DNA of 64,000 nucleotides from Candidatus Bathyarchaeota archaeon (GTDB lineage Archaea; Thermoproteota; Bathyarchaeia; Hecatellales; Hecatellaceae): assembly GCA_052246995.1 (NCBI GenBank), contig JBQPWD010000002.1, forward strand, positions 75,307-139,306, given 5' to 3'. Every line of letters begins with the position of its first letter. Position 1 is the stretch's first letter. The notes below the pieces were generated by a model, which was given only the letters and a program-made list of their open reading frames with translations, was not told the origin of the DNA and did not search any database. A program made the position numbers and the translations under genes. This document shows positions 9,070-17,677 of the stretch, one piece after another.

Positions 9070-9432
9070 TCAGAATGCTAGTAATGCTTCAACTTTCTTA
9101 AGCTGTCTTGTTACAGGGTCTACTTCAAGCCTTAAACCCTTAAGTGCATCAACACCTAAAACTTCAGCATCTTCACTCTCGGCGAAAACAACTATTCTTG
9201 TAGCTTTCTCACCTAAACATTCAACCACAGCCTCACCAATTTCACGCTCAATCACCCTACCCTCAATAGTCTTAAACTTCCATTTTGATGTTGATTTTAT
9301 GTCAAGTTTTTCAAGTTTTTCACGCTTAACCCAGCTGTACGCGCTACCAGTATCCACCAACAACTCTAAATCTAAAGATTTAGACACCTCATAAGGATTG
9401 TAGAGTTTAACTTTAGCTGTTGTATGTCCCAT
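9070..9432 (-). CDS. retropepsin-like (clan AA) aspartic protease, archaeal small form
   Basis: LLVDTGSAYSW catalytic D-T/S-G motif; 120 aa. Confidence 0.6.
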   Translation of the reverse strand: MGHTTAKVKLYNPYEVSKSLDLELLVDTGSAYSWVKREKLEKLDIKSTSKWKFKTIEGRVIEREIGEAVVECLGEKATRIVVFAESEDAEVLGVDALKGLRLEVDPVTRQLKKVEALLAF

Positions 9433-9564
9433 AATACTTCACCTATAAATAGTAATGACATATTTTAAGTTTCATTTCACTCCTTTTGGTTTTTCGTCAC
9501 GGCTTGTTGAAGTAAAACAGACATATTTTTATGTTAACTTCCACAAAAAATAGAGTAGAAAGCC

Positions 9565-10134
9565 TTGAATAGAAAATTTTTAGCTGCGCGTGGAGACCTT
9601 GTAGAGAAGATTAAATACCTTGCTAAAAAAAGAAACTTAACATTGTACTCTGTTGTAAACGAAATCTTAGAACAGTCTTTAAAGTTAGAAGCTACAGGTA
9701 AAACTCTTTCACAAGTTATTGAGGAATACAACATAGTTAAGGCTGTTAAAGATGCAGGCTTCATCCTAACACCTAGAATACTATGGTATGAGCTTCTAAA
9801 AAAACAGGATAATTTAAACATCACCAAATTTTGGAGTGAAACTGGAGAATGGTTTGGAAAATACTGTAAAACAGTTTTCCCCCAAGAAGATATACAAAAA
9901 CTTTTAGAGAAAGTTATCAGCATAGTTTTCTGGGACCTTTCAGAGTGTATTTTAAAAATGGATGGTGAAAAAGCTTTAATCCGATGTATAAGCTCAAACT
10001 ACTCAGAACTTCAAACAAACATTTTATGGGCCTTCCTTTCAGGAATGATGAAGGCTTTCAACTATAAAGCGTTAAAAACCGAGGTAGTTAAAGGAATTGT
10101 TGCCGCAACCTTTGTAAGAGAAATAGGTGGATAG
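9565..10134 (+). CDS. RHH-like (ribbon-helix-helix-like N-terminus) protein, paralog A, with ~130-aa C-terminal domain of unknown function
   Basis: TTG start; N-terminus RKFLAARGDLVEKIKYLAKKRNLTLYSVVNEILEQSL has a beta-strand/two-helix pattern like CopG/RHH; clear paralogy with the next gene; 4-nt gap to it. Confidence 0.5.
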   Translation: MNRKFLAARGDLVEKIKYLAKKRNLTLYSVVNEILEQSLKLEATGKTLSQVIEEYNIVKAVKDAGFILTPRILWYELLKKQDNLNITKFWSETGEWFGKYCKTVFPQEDIQKLLEKVISIVFWDLSECILKMDGEKALIRCISSNYSELQTNILWAFLSGMMKAFNYKALKTEVVKGIVAATFVREIGG

Positions 10135-10138
10135 GGAA

Positions 10139-10753
10139 GTGTCAACATCAAAAAAGTTTGTTGCTGTACGAGGAGACCTTTTACAAAAAATAATTGAAAT
10201 ATCCAACAGGAAAGGTAAAACTGTTTATGGATTTGTAAATGAAATGTTTGAACAGGCAATAAAAGCTGAAGAACTTGATTCAACCCTACCTGAAATTGTG
10301 GATTTTTACGTTTTAGTTAAAGCTTTAAGAAAAGCTGGAGCAGCACTCATCTTCTCAGACATTTTAAACTACTCCATAAAAAGGTTGTATGAGGTTGAAA
10401 AGGAAAAGCTTTTAAAAAGCTGGTTTTCCTCAGGTTTATGGTATGGAAAATTTTTAAAAGCAAAATTTCAAGAACCACTAGAAGTTTTAAAAAAGGTTTT
10501 AACAAGCCTCTTCTTCTTTGAAATCTCTGAAGTTGAATTTTTAAACACTGGTGGAAACAAGTTTACCCTTAAAGTTATCTCTCCAAACCAGCCTCAAGAA
10601 AACACTGAGCTTTTATCAAGCTTTCTTGAAGGATTTTTAGACGCATTAGAATTTAACATCTTAAACAGGGATTGCTGGCGTGGTATAATAGTTTTTGAAG
10701 TTGAAAAAAGAACAAAACTTTCAGAAATGGGCCTCACAGACATGGAAGAATAA
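10139..10753 (+). CDS. RHH-like protein, paralog B (track ORF starts 10127; the GTG at 10139 gives the N-terminus MSTSKKFVAVRGDL, parallel to paralog A)
   Basis: KKFVAVRGDLLQKIIEISNRKGKTVYGFVNEMFEQAI aligns with paralog A; the C-terminal domains also align (WFSSGLWYGKFLKAKF vs FWSETGEWFGKYCKTVF). Confidence 0.5.
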   Translation: MSTSKKFVAVRGDLLQKIIEISNRKGKTVYGFVNEMFEQAIKAEELDSTLPEIVDFYVLVKALRKAGAALIFSDILNYSIKRLYEVEKEKLLKSWFSSGLWYGKFLKAKFQEPLEVLKKVLTSLFFFEISEVEFLNTGGNKFTLKVISPNQPQENTELLSSFLEGFLDALEFNILNRDCWRGIIVFEVEKRTKLSEMGLTDMEE

Positions 10754-10935
10754 GCTTTCCAACATGTTAAAAGATAGTTACATATAAATCAAACTTTCAT
10801 TCAAACCTCACCTAAAATTGAATTGACACCATTTTTTTCAAGTTTAAAGTTAAACTTTACCTGTAAAATTTCTCAAACATTTTACCCTTATTTTAACTAA
10901 AAAAATTTACAAGCTTAATAGAGTTTTAAGTTAAC

Positions 10936-10944
10936 TATTTAAAT
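10936..10944 (+). promoter_or_regulatory. TATA-like box (tatttaaat) upstream of the cdvB operon, with a GGAGGG Shine-Dalgarno at 10979..10984
   Basis: AT-rich box about 47 nt before the TTG start at 10991, flanked by two GTTAAC palindromes; GGAGGG lies 6 nt before the start. Confidence 0.3.
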
Positions 10945-10990
10945 GCGCAACTTACAGCTTAAAAAGTTAACCTAAAGTGGAGGGTTAACA

Positions 10991-11641
10991 TTGACAAAGC
11001 TAACAAAAAACTGGGAAAAAGAATCTCAAGAATCCATTATTAAAAAGATAGGTGAAAAAATACACCATAAAAAAGAGTCCCTCAGGGAAAGAATAGAGTA
11101 TGTTTTATGGAAGCTTAAAACTCAGCATGAAAAACTTGAACAAGCATTAACAAGAATGCAAAACCATGATAAAGAGCTTTTCGAAAAATGTGTAAAAGCT
11201 GAACTTTCAAGAGACCATGCCCGTGCAACAATCTACGCTAATGAATGCGCTGAAGTCAGAAAAATGGCTAGAATAATGATTTTAAGCCAACTTGCACTGG
11301 AAAAAGTTATGCTAAGACTTGAAACAGTTAAAGAGTTTGGTGAAACATTAAAAGAAATAGCTCCAGTTTCAGGTGTAATCCACAACATTAAAGGTAGACT
11401 TTCAGGAATCATCCCCGAAGTATCATATGAGCTTGGAGCTATAAGCGAAATGCTGGATGGAATGGTTACTGAGGTTGGTGAAGCCTCAGGAGTAACAATA
11501 CCGTTTAAAGCTGAAAACGAGGAGTCAAAAAGAATACTTGAAGAGGCCTCAGCTGTTGTTGAACAGAAAATGAAGGAAAAGTTTCCAGAAACACCACCAA
11601 TCTACAAAGAACCCTCAACCAGCAGCTTACATCTAACATAA
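10991..11641 (+). CDS. cdvB: CdvB paralog (ESCRT-III/Snf7 family) lacking the winged-helix domain; proline-rich MIM2-like C-tail
   Basis: HDKELFEKCVKAELSRDHARATIYANECAEVRKMARIMILSQLALEKVMLRLETVKEF closely matches the CdvB core of Sulfolobus (DKDLFEK...ARATIYA...RKM...AIEKV.L.L.TV.E, recalled from memory); C-terminal PETPPIYKEP. Confidence 0.8.
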   Translation: MTKLTKNWEKESQESIIKKIGEKIHHKKESLRERIEYVLWKLKTQHEKLEQALTRMQNHDKELFEKCVKAELSRDHARATIYANECAEVRKMARIMILSQLALEKVMLRLETVKEFGETLKEIAPVSGVIHNIKGRLSGIIPEVSYELGAISEMLDGMVTEVGEASGVTIPFKAENEESKRILEEASAVVEQKMKEKFPETPPIYKEPSTSSLHLT

Positions 11642-11654
11642 CGGCTGGTGGAGG

Positions 11655-12599
11655 ATGAAGTATCCCCGTAAAATTTTTAAAAATATTTTGGAGGTTTTTG
11701 GTAAAATGCGTTTTCACTTTAGCTTCTCAAGAACACCCTTAAAGGAGAAAATTTCTCAGGCAATTTTTAGGCTTGAAACCCAGCTAAACAAGCTTGAACA
11801 ATCAGCCTCAAAACTTCATCAAAGAGATAGAGAAATGTTTGAGAGATGTATTGGTGCTAAAGCCTCGGGGGACGATGCACGTGCAACAATGTATGCTAAC
11901 GAATGTGTTGAAATCAGAAAAATAGCAAAGATTATACTTGCATCACAACTTGCAATAGAAAAAGTTATCCTTAGACTTAGAACAGTTGAAGACGTTGGAG
12001 ACCTTTTAAATCAAATGTCCCCTGTGGCTGGAATAATAAAGGAAACAAGAAACAAGCTTAAGGGGATTGTTCCAGAAGTAGCTTATGAGCTTGAAGAAAT
12101 AAACAACATGCTTGGAAACACCATAATAGAGGCTGGAAAAGCCCCGTTAGAGGAGGCAGCATCAGAGGTTACGTCAGACGAGGCTAAAAAAATTCTTGCT
12201 GAAGCAGCAACAATAGCTGAGCAAAAAATGGGTGAAATCTATCCAAAGCTTCCAATACCACCTCAACCTGAACCTAAAGTTGAGAAGCCTGTAGAGGCTG
12301 TATCACAAGCAGCTTCACAACCAATTCAACAGCCTGAACCTCAACAAACAAAACCAACCCCTGAAGAACCTATCAAACCAGTTATGGAAAAGATGGTGGA
12401 AGAGTCTAAACCTCAGCCATTAAAAGAACTATCCTTAGAAGATTTAGAAAAACTTGAAGGGGAAGTTTTAAACTACATTTACAATCATGGTGGAGAACTA
12501 AGCATAAAAAAATGTGCTGAAACTTTAAATGTGGATGTTGAAGACGTTAGAAAAGTGTTGACAAAGCTGGAGAAAGATGGAAAAATAGTTATAGTTTAG
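11655..12599 (+). CDS. cdvB: CdvB (ESCRT-III) with C-terminal winged-helix domain; probable true start is the ATG at 11706 behind GGAGG
   Basis: RDREMFERCIGAKASGDDARATMYANECVEIRKIAKIILASQLAIEKVILRLRTVEDV; Pro-rich linker (PKLPIPPQPEPK); C-terminal wH LNYIYNHGGELSIKKCAETLNVDVEDVRKVLTKLEKDGKIVIV. Confidence 0.8.
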   Translation: MKYPRKIFKNILEVFGKMRFHFSFSRTPLKEKISQAIFRLETQLNKLEQSASKLHQRDREMFERCIGAKASGDDARATMYANECVEIRKIAKIILASQLAIEKVILRLRTVEDVGDLLNQMSPVAGIIKETRNKLKGIVPEVAYELEEINNMLGNTIIEAGKAPLEEAASEVTSDEAKKILAEAATIAEQKMGEIYPKLPIPPQPEPKVEKPVEAVSQAASQPIQQPEPQQTKPTPEEPIKPVMEKMVEESKPQPLKELSLEDLEKLEGEVLNYIYNHGGELSIKKCAETLNVDVEDVRKVLTKLEKDGKIVIV

Positions 12600-12642
12600 G
12601 CATATGCAAAAAGGAAAAATAGGCTGTTAGGGTAAGGGCGGG

Positions 12643-13767
12643 ATGAACGGGCTTACCGAGCTTGAAAAGTATGCCTTAAACTATGCTAATGAAGCTGTTA
12701 AACTTGACCGTCAAGGTTTAAAAAACCAGGCTGTTGAGAAGTATCAAAAAGCTGTTGAAGTTTTACTTAAAATTTGCAACCTTTACCCTAACACTCCTCA
12801 AAGCAGAATATACCTTAAATATGTTGAATCTTACAAACGTAGAATAGAAGATATCAAGGGAAACCATGAAGAGGAGCTGGAAACATCAAACATAGATAAA
12901 GAAAAAGTTGTACTACAAACAGAAAAGCCAGGTGTAAAGTGGAACGAAATAGCGAACCTTGAAGAAGCAAAAAAAGCAATTCAAGAAGCAATAATCTACC
13001 CTGTTAAAAGACCAGACCTTTTCCCTCTGGGATGGCCTAGAGGAATCCTACTTTTTGGCCCTCCAGGTTGCGGTAAAACTTTGCTTGCAGCTGCGGTTGC
13101 AAGCGAGATTGATGCAAACTTTTACTCTGTTGATGCAGCGTCAGTAATGTCTAAATGGCTTGGAGAATCTGAAAAAAACGTTGCAGCACTTTTTACAGAA
13201 GCAAGAAAGTCTGCTGAAAACGGTAAACCTTCGATAATATTTGTTGATGAAGTTGACTCTTTAACAAGAACCTTCTCAACAGAGGTTGGAGGTGAAACTA
13301 GGGTTAGAAACCAATTTCTCAAAGAAATGGATGGAATAAACGACAAAAACAGAAAACATTTTGTCTACGTTATTGCAGCCACAAACAAACCATGGCTTCT
13401 AGACGAACCCTTTATCAGAAGATTCCAAAAAAGAATTCTCATCCCGCCTCCAGATTATCATGCCCGCCTAGAAATGTTTAAAATTTACGGTAAAGACCTA
13501 AACTTATCACCAAACGTGGATTTCATGGAGCTTGCAAGAAAAACTGAAGGTTACAATGGAAGTGATATAAGAGACATCTTCCAAACAGTTCAACTTAAAG
13601 TTGTAAGAGAATTTTTTAACAACCAAAAAGCCGACGACCCCAACCTAAAACCAAGACCAATTCAAATGGAAGACTTTCTAGAAATTATTGAAAAAAGAAA
13701 ACCAAGCATCTCACAAGAAATGTTAAAACAATATGTTAACTGGTTTGAAAAGTTTAAAGCCCTATAA
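12643..13767 (+). CDS. cdvC: CdvC / Vps4-like AAA+ ATPase with N-terminal MIT domain
   Basis: N-terminal three-helix MIT-like region (YALNYANEAVKLDRQGLKNQAVEKYQKAVEVLLKI); Walker A GPPGCGKT; Walker B IIFVDEVDS; AAA second-region motifs. Confidence 0.85.
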   Translation: MNGLTELEKYALNYANEAVKLDRQGLKNQAVEKYQKAVEVLLKICNLYPNTPQSRIYLKYVESYKRRIEDIKGNHEEELETSNIDKEKVVLQTEKPGVKWNEIANLEEAKKAIQEAIIYPVKRPDLFPLGWPRGILLFGPPGCGKTLLAAAVASEIDANFYSVDAASVMSKWLGESEKNVAALFTEARKSAENGKPSIIFVDEVDSLTRTFSTEVGGETRVRNQFLKEMDGINDKNRKHFVYVIAATNKPWLLDEPFIRRFQKRILIPPPDYHARLEMFKIYGKDLNLSPNVDFMELARKTEGYNGSDIRDIFQTVQLKVVREFFNNQKADDPNLKPRPIQMEDFLEIIEKRKPSISQEMLKQYVNWFEKFKAL

Positions 13768-13844
13768 CCTAAAATTTCTAGGTTTTTAGTTTTTACAATT
13801 TAACCTTTTAACGTTTAAATTTGGCATAGTTGTAAATTAAAGCT

Positions 13845-14975
13845 ATGGAAATAAACTCTCCAGACAAAAACCTTTTAGTTAAAACTTTAGTTGAACTTGT
13901 TCAAACACCAAGTTTAAGTTTAAACGAGAAAGAAATTGCTGAAAAAATTTTTAAAATGTTTGAGGAGTTTGGCTACAAACCAAAGATGGATGAATACTAT
14001 GATGTTATAGTTGAAGTTGGCAGTGGAAAGAAAACCATACTTCTAAACTCACATACAGATACAGTTCCACCAGTTGGAGATTGGAGTATAAACCCTTATG
14101 CTGGTAAAGTTGCTGGTGGAAGGGTTTACGGTCTTGGAGCCTCAGACAACAAGTGTGGTGTTGCCGCTATGGTTGAAATTGCAAGAATTTTCAGTTTTAA
14201 ACCTCCAAACGGTAAAGTAGTTTTCCTGTTTACAAGTAGAGAGGAAAGCGAAAAGGATGAAGCTAGAAAAGCCTTAATTGGTAAGGTTGAAGCTAACCTT
14301 GGAATATGTCTAGACCACTACATTTCCGCTAAAAACAAGGTTGCTGATATAGTGGTTGGCTGTAAAGGTATAGCCAATTTTACATTAAAAGTTTACGGGA
14401 AAGCATACCACTCATCAGAACCTGAAAAAGCTGTAAATGCAATTTATAGAGCTGTAGACGTTGTGGAAGCTGTAAAAAAAGCCAAATTTCCGTCAATATT
14501 TAAACCTCTAAAAGAGAAAGCTGTTGCAAGTATAACAAAAATAAGTAGTAATGGTTGGGCTACAAGAATACCTGACCAATGCAACTTAACAATAAACTAT
14601 AGAGCTCTACCTAGAGAAAAAAGGGATAAAGCTGAAAAAAGAATTTTTAAACTTGTAAAAGGAGTTTTAAAAAAAGACTTCAACTTAACCTTAGACACCT
14701 TTCACGAAGGTTACCTTATAAACTTAAAACATGAAGTTGTTAAGGCTGCGGTTAAAACCGCAAAACAAATCAAGTTTAAACCTAAACTATCCATAGCTAA
14801 AGGCTGGGTTGACGCTGCATTTTTTAACCATACTTTAAACATTCCAACAATCTGTATAGGACCTGGAACTCAAGGTCAAGCTCATGTTAAGGATGAGTAT
14901 GAGGATATAGAAGACCTTTACCATGGAACTTTACTTGTCTACAAAACTGTTTTAAACATTTTAGGTGAAAGTTAA
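13845..14975 (+). CDS. M20-family metallopeptidase/deacylase (ArgE/DapE/LysK-like)
   Basis: LLNSHTDTVPPVGDW...GLGASDNKCGVAAMVEIA metal-binding motifs typical of M20. Confidence 0.65.
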   Translation: MEINSPDKNLLVKTLVELVQTPSLSLNEKEIAEKIFKMFEEFGYKPKMDEYYDVIVEVGSGKKTILLNSHTDTVPPVGDWSINPYAGKVAGGRVYGLGASDNKCGVAAMVEIARIFSFKPPNGKVVFLFTSREESEKDEARKALIGKVEANLGICLDHYISAKNKVADIVVGCKGIANFTLKVYGKAYHSSEPEKAVNAIYRAVDVVEAVKKAKFPSIFKPLKEKAVASITKISSNGWATRIPDQCNLTINYRALPREKRDKAEKRIFKLVKGVLKKDFNLTLDTFHEGYLINLKHEVVKAAVKTAKQIKFKPKLSIAKGWVDAAFFNHTLNIPTICIGPGTQGQAHVKDEYEDIEDLYHGTLLVYKTVLNILGES

Positions 14976-14978
14976 AGC

Positions 14979-15920
14979 TTGAAAGTTGCCGTGCTGGCTG
15001 GAGGTACAGGGTCAGCAAAGCTTCTTAGAGGCTTAAAAAAGATAGTTCCAGAAAAAGATTTAACAGTTATAGTTAATGTTGGAGACAACTTTAAAATTCA
15101 CGGTCTTACAATATGCCCAGACCTAGACACAGTCATGTACATGTTTGCAGGAATATTGGATAAAAGAAGGGGTTGGGGGGTTAAAGGAGACACTTTCAAC
15201 TTTCAAAAAATGCTTAAACGCTACAAGCTGGAAACATGGTTTAACATTGGAGACATGGACCTTGCAACTCACATCTACAGAACAAACCTTCTAGCTAAAG
15301 GCTTAACGTTAACAGAAATTACAAAAATTCTTTGTAGAGCTTTAAACGTTAAAGCAAAAATTCTTCCAGCAACAGACGGCTGGGTTGAAACAAAAATAAA
15401 AACTGTAGATGGAAAGGAAATTCACCTGCAGGAATTCTGGGTTAAAAAACGTGGAAAAGTTAAAGTTTTTGATGTTAAGTACAGCGGCATTGAAAAGGTT
15501 AAAGCAAACTTTGAAGCCTTAAACCTTCTTTCAAAATCTGATGGAGTAATAGTTTGCCCAGCAAACCCTATTACAAGCATAAAACCCATCATCCTCCTAC
15601 CTGGAATGCTTGAAGAGTTAAAAAAACTTAAAAACAAGGTTTTAGCAGTTTCACCAATAATTGGAAATTCACCTGTAAGTGGACCAGTTGGAACCATCAT
15701 GAAAGGTTTAGGCTTAACCCCTATTTCACCTCTTAAAATCGCAGAACTATACAAAGAGTTTGCTGGAATTTTTGTTGTTGACAACAAGGATGTAAAAATT
15801 AGGAAAAAAATTGAAAAACTTGGTTTAAAATGTTTAACAACAAACATTTTAATGAAAAATTTTAAAGACGAAGTTAGGCTTGCAAGGTTTTGTCTTAAAG
15901 CTTTAAACCTACCTCCCTAA
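14979..15920 (+). CDS. cofD: 2-phospho-L-lactate transferase CofD (F420 biosynthesis), CofD/UPF0052 family
   Basis: MKVAVLAGGTGSAKLLRGL...VIVNVGDN...GLTICPDLDTVMYMFAGIL matches the CofD signature. Confidence 0.7.
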   Translation: MKVAVLAGGTGSAKLLRGLKKIVPEKDLTVIVNVGDNFKIHGLTICPDLDTVMYMFAGILDKRRGWGVKGDTFNFQKMLKRYKLETWFNIGDMDLATHIYRTNLLAKGLTLTEITKILCRALNVKAKILPATDGWVETKIKTVDGKEIHLQEFWVKKRGKVKVFDVKYSGIEKVKANFEALNLLSKSDGVIVCPANPITSIKPIILLPGMLEELKKLKNKVLAVSPIIGNSPVSGPVGTIMKGLGLTPISPLKIAELYKEFAGIFVVDNKDVKIRKKIEKLGLKCLTTNILMKNFKDEVRLARFCLKALNLPP

Positions 15921-16563
15921 ACCTTTTACCCAGAAACTTGGTTGTAAAGTTTTCCTTATCAACCAGGGTAAGCATTTTAAGATCCTCAGGCTCGTCAACA
16001 TCAAGCATAATTCCCCATGAAACATAAAGCTTAACCTTTACATTTCTTTTAAAAGCTTCAGCAACATGTCTACGAAAGCTGTTATTCTCGTAGAATGTTG
16101 GAATAACCCCTGGCGGGTTAAGTAGAAGAAGATTGGTGCCGTCAAACCTTGCTGAAGGAGAAATTGTAATACTTGGCTTTTCCAACCCTAAGCTGATAGC
16201 AATGTTAACATCTTCAGCTGTGATAAGCGGTATATCTGATGGTAATATAAGCAAAGCAGCATTTTCCTCATTTTGAATTTGAACATGGTTTAACACATAG
16301 TTTACAGCAGAATTTACCCCAGAATCCCTCTCCTCCTGCAAAACTTCCACATCAAAACCTTTAACAAAATCTAAAACTTCCTTATCCGAACTTACAACAA
16401 AAGTCCTCCAAACGTTCCTGGCTTGTTTAATCGTGTATAACACATCCCGAAGCATTTCAAGTGTTAACCTACGTCTATCCTCCATTGAAAGTATTGTTGA
16501 AAGCCTACTTTTAACATTTCTAAGATTTTTAACTGGAATAACAGTATAAACCTTCAAACTCAA
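15895..16563 (-). CDS. cofC: 2-phospho-L-lactate guanylyltransferase CofC-like (MobA-like nucleotidyltransferase)
   Basis: VIPVKNLRNVKSRLS N-terminus; size about 220 aa; convergent with and overlapping cofD. Confidence 0.6.
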   Translation of the reverse strand: MSLKVYTVIPVKNLRNVKSRLSTILSMEDRRRLTLEMLRDVLYTIKQARNVWRTFVVSSDKEVLDFVKGFDVEVLQEERDSGVNSAVNYVLNHVQIQNEENAALLILPSDIPLITAEDVNIAISLGLEKPSITISPSARFDGTNLLLLNPPGVIPTFYENNSFRRHVAEAFKRNVKVKLYVSWGIMLDVDEPEDLKMLTLVDKENFTTKFLGKRFREVGLKL

Positions 16564-16676
16564 CGCTACTTCAACCTAAATCTTTTACATCCCTAACCCT
16601 TAAATCCTACATCAAAAAATATTTTTAATATTAAAGCATTTAATAGGCACTTAATTAACCTTGAGGGTGTAAATCC

Positions 16677-17603
16677 ATGCCTATAAGCGAAACCAAGTAT
16701 ATATGGTTTAACGGTAAATTTGTTAAATGGAATGAAGCGAAAGTTCATGTTTTAACCCACACACTTCACTATGGCAGCGGCGTTTTTGAAGGTATAAGAT
16801 GCTACAAGACACCTAAAGGTCCAGCAATTTTTAGGTTAAGAGACCATGTAGAAAGGCTTTTTAGGTCTGCCGAGGTTTTCAAGATAAAAATCCCATACAC
16901 GCTGAATGAACTTTCAAAGGCCATTGTTGAAACTGTTAAAGTTAACAACCTGGATGAATGCTACATAAGACCCATAGTTTTCCGAGGTTACGGGGAAATG
17001 GGTCTTAACCCCTTAAACAGCCCAGTTGAGGTTGCAATTGCAACATGGACTTGGGGAGCATACCTTGGAGAGGAAAGCCTTAAAAAAGGTGTCAGGGTTA
17101 AACTTTCACCCTACATCAGAATTCCAAGAAGAGCTTTTCCATCAAACGTTAAGGCTACAGGAGCCTACATAAACTCTATACTTGCTAAGGTTGATGCCCT
17201 TATGGATGGGTATGATGAAGCCTTGATGTTTGATGAAAACGGGTTTGTTGTCGAAGGTCCAGGTGAAAACTTTTTTATAGTTAAAGATGAAGTTTTATAT
17301 ACTCCTCCGGATGATTCAGCAATAATCTTAGGCATAACAAGAGATAGTATTATTAAAATCGCAAAAAACATTGGGTACCGAGTTGAAAAGATAAACATAG
17401 ACGAACAGATGCTTTACAACGCAGACGAAGCCTTCTTTACAGGTACAGCAACTGAAGTTGCCCCTATTTGTGAGGTTGACGGTAAAAAAATTGGTAATGG
17501 GAAACCTGGAAAAGTGACACTAAGACTCCAACAGGAATATTTAAAAATTGTTAAAGGTGAAAACCTAGACTATGAGTTTTGGCTAACCTATGTAAACTAC
17601 TAA
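16677..17603 (+). CDS. ilvE: branched-chain amino acid aminotransferase (PLP fold type IV)
   Basis: HYGSGVFEGIRCY, ECYIRPIVFRG and EAFFTGTATEVAPI motifs. Confidence 0.8.
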   Translation: MPISETKYIWFNGKFVKWNEAKVHVLTHTLHYGSGVFEGIRCYKTPKGPAIFRLRDHVERLFRSAEVFKIKIPYTLNELSKAIVETVKVNNLDECYIRPIVFRGYGEMGLNPLNSPVEVAIATWTWGAYLGEESLKKGVRVKLSPYIRIPRRAFPSNVKATGAYINSILAKVDALMDGYDEALMFDENGFVVEGPGENFFIVKDEVLYTPPDDSAIILGITRDSIIKIAKNIGYRVEKINIDEQMLYNADEAFFTGTATEVAPICEVDGKKIGNGKPGKVTLRLQQEYLKIVKGENLDYEFWLTYVNY

Positions 17604-17677
17604 ACTTTTTTAGCTTGTATTATCAACTGTTTGGAGATATAATTTTTAAGTATCAATTTTTATTCTAATTATATTGG

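Noticed and set aside
9829-9841. CCAAATTTTGGAG inside the RHH-paralog A gene as a further copy of the regulatory motif
   Set aside because: Only the short CCAA-W5-GGA core matches, which is expected about twice by chance in 64 kb of AT-rich DNA. It is intragenic.
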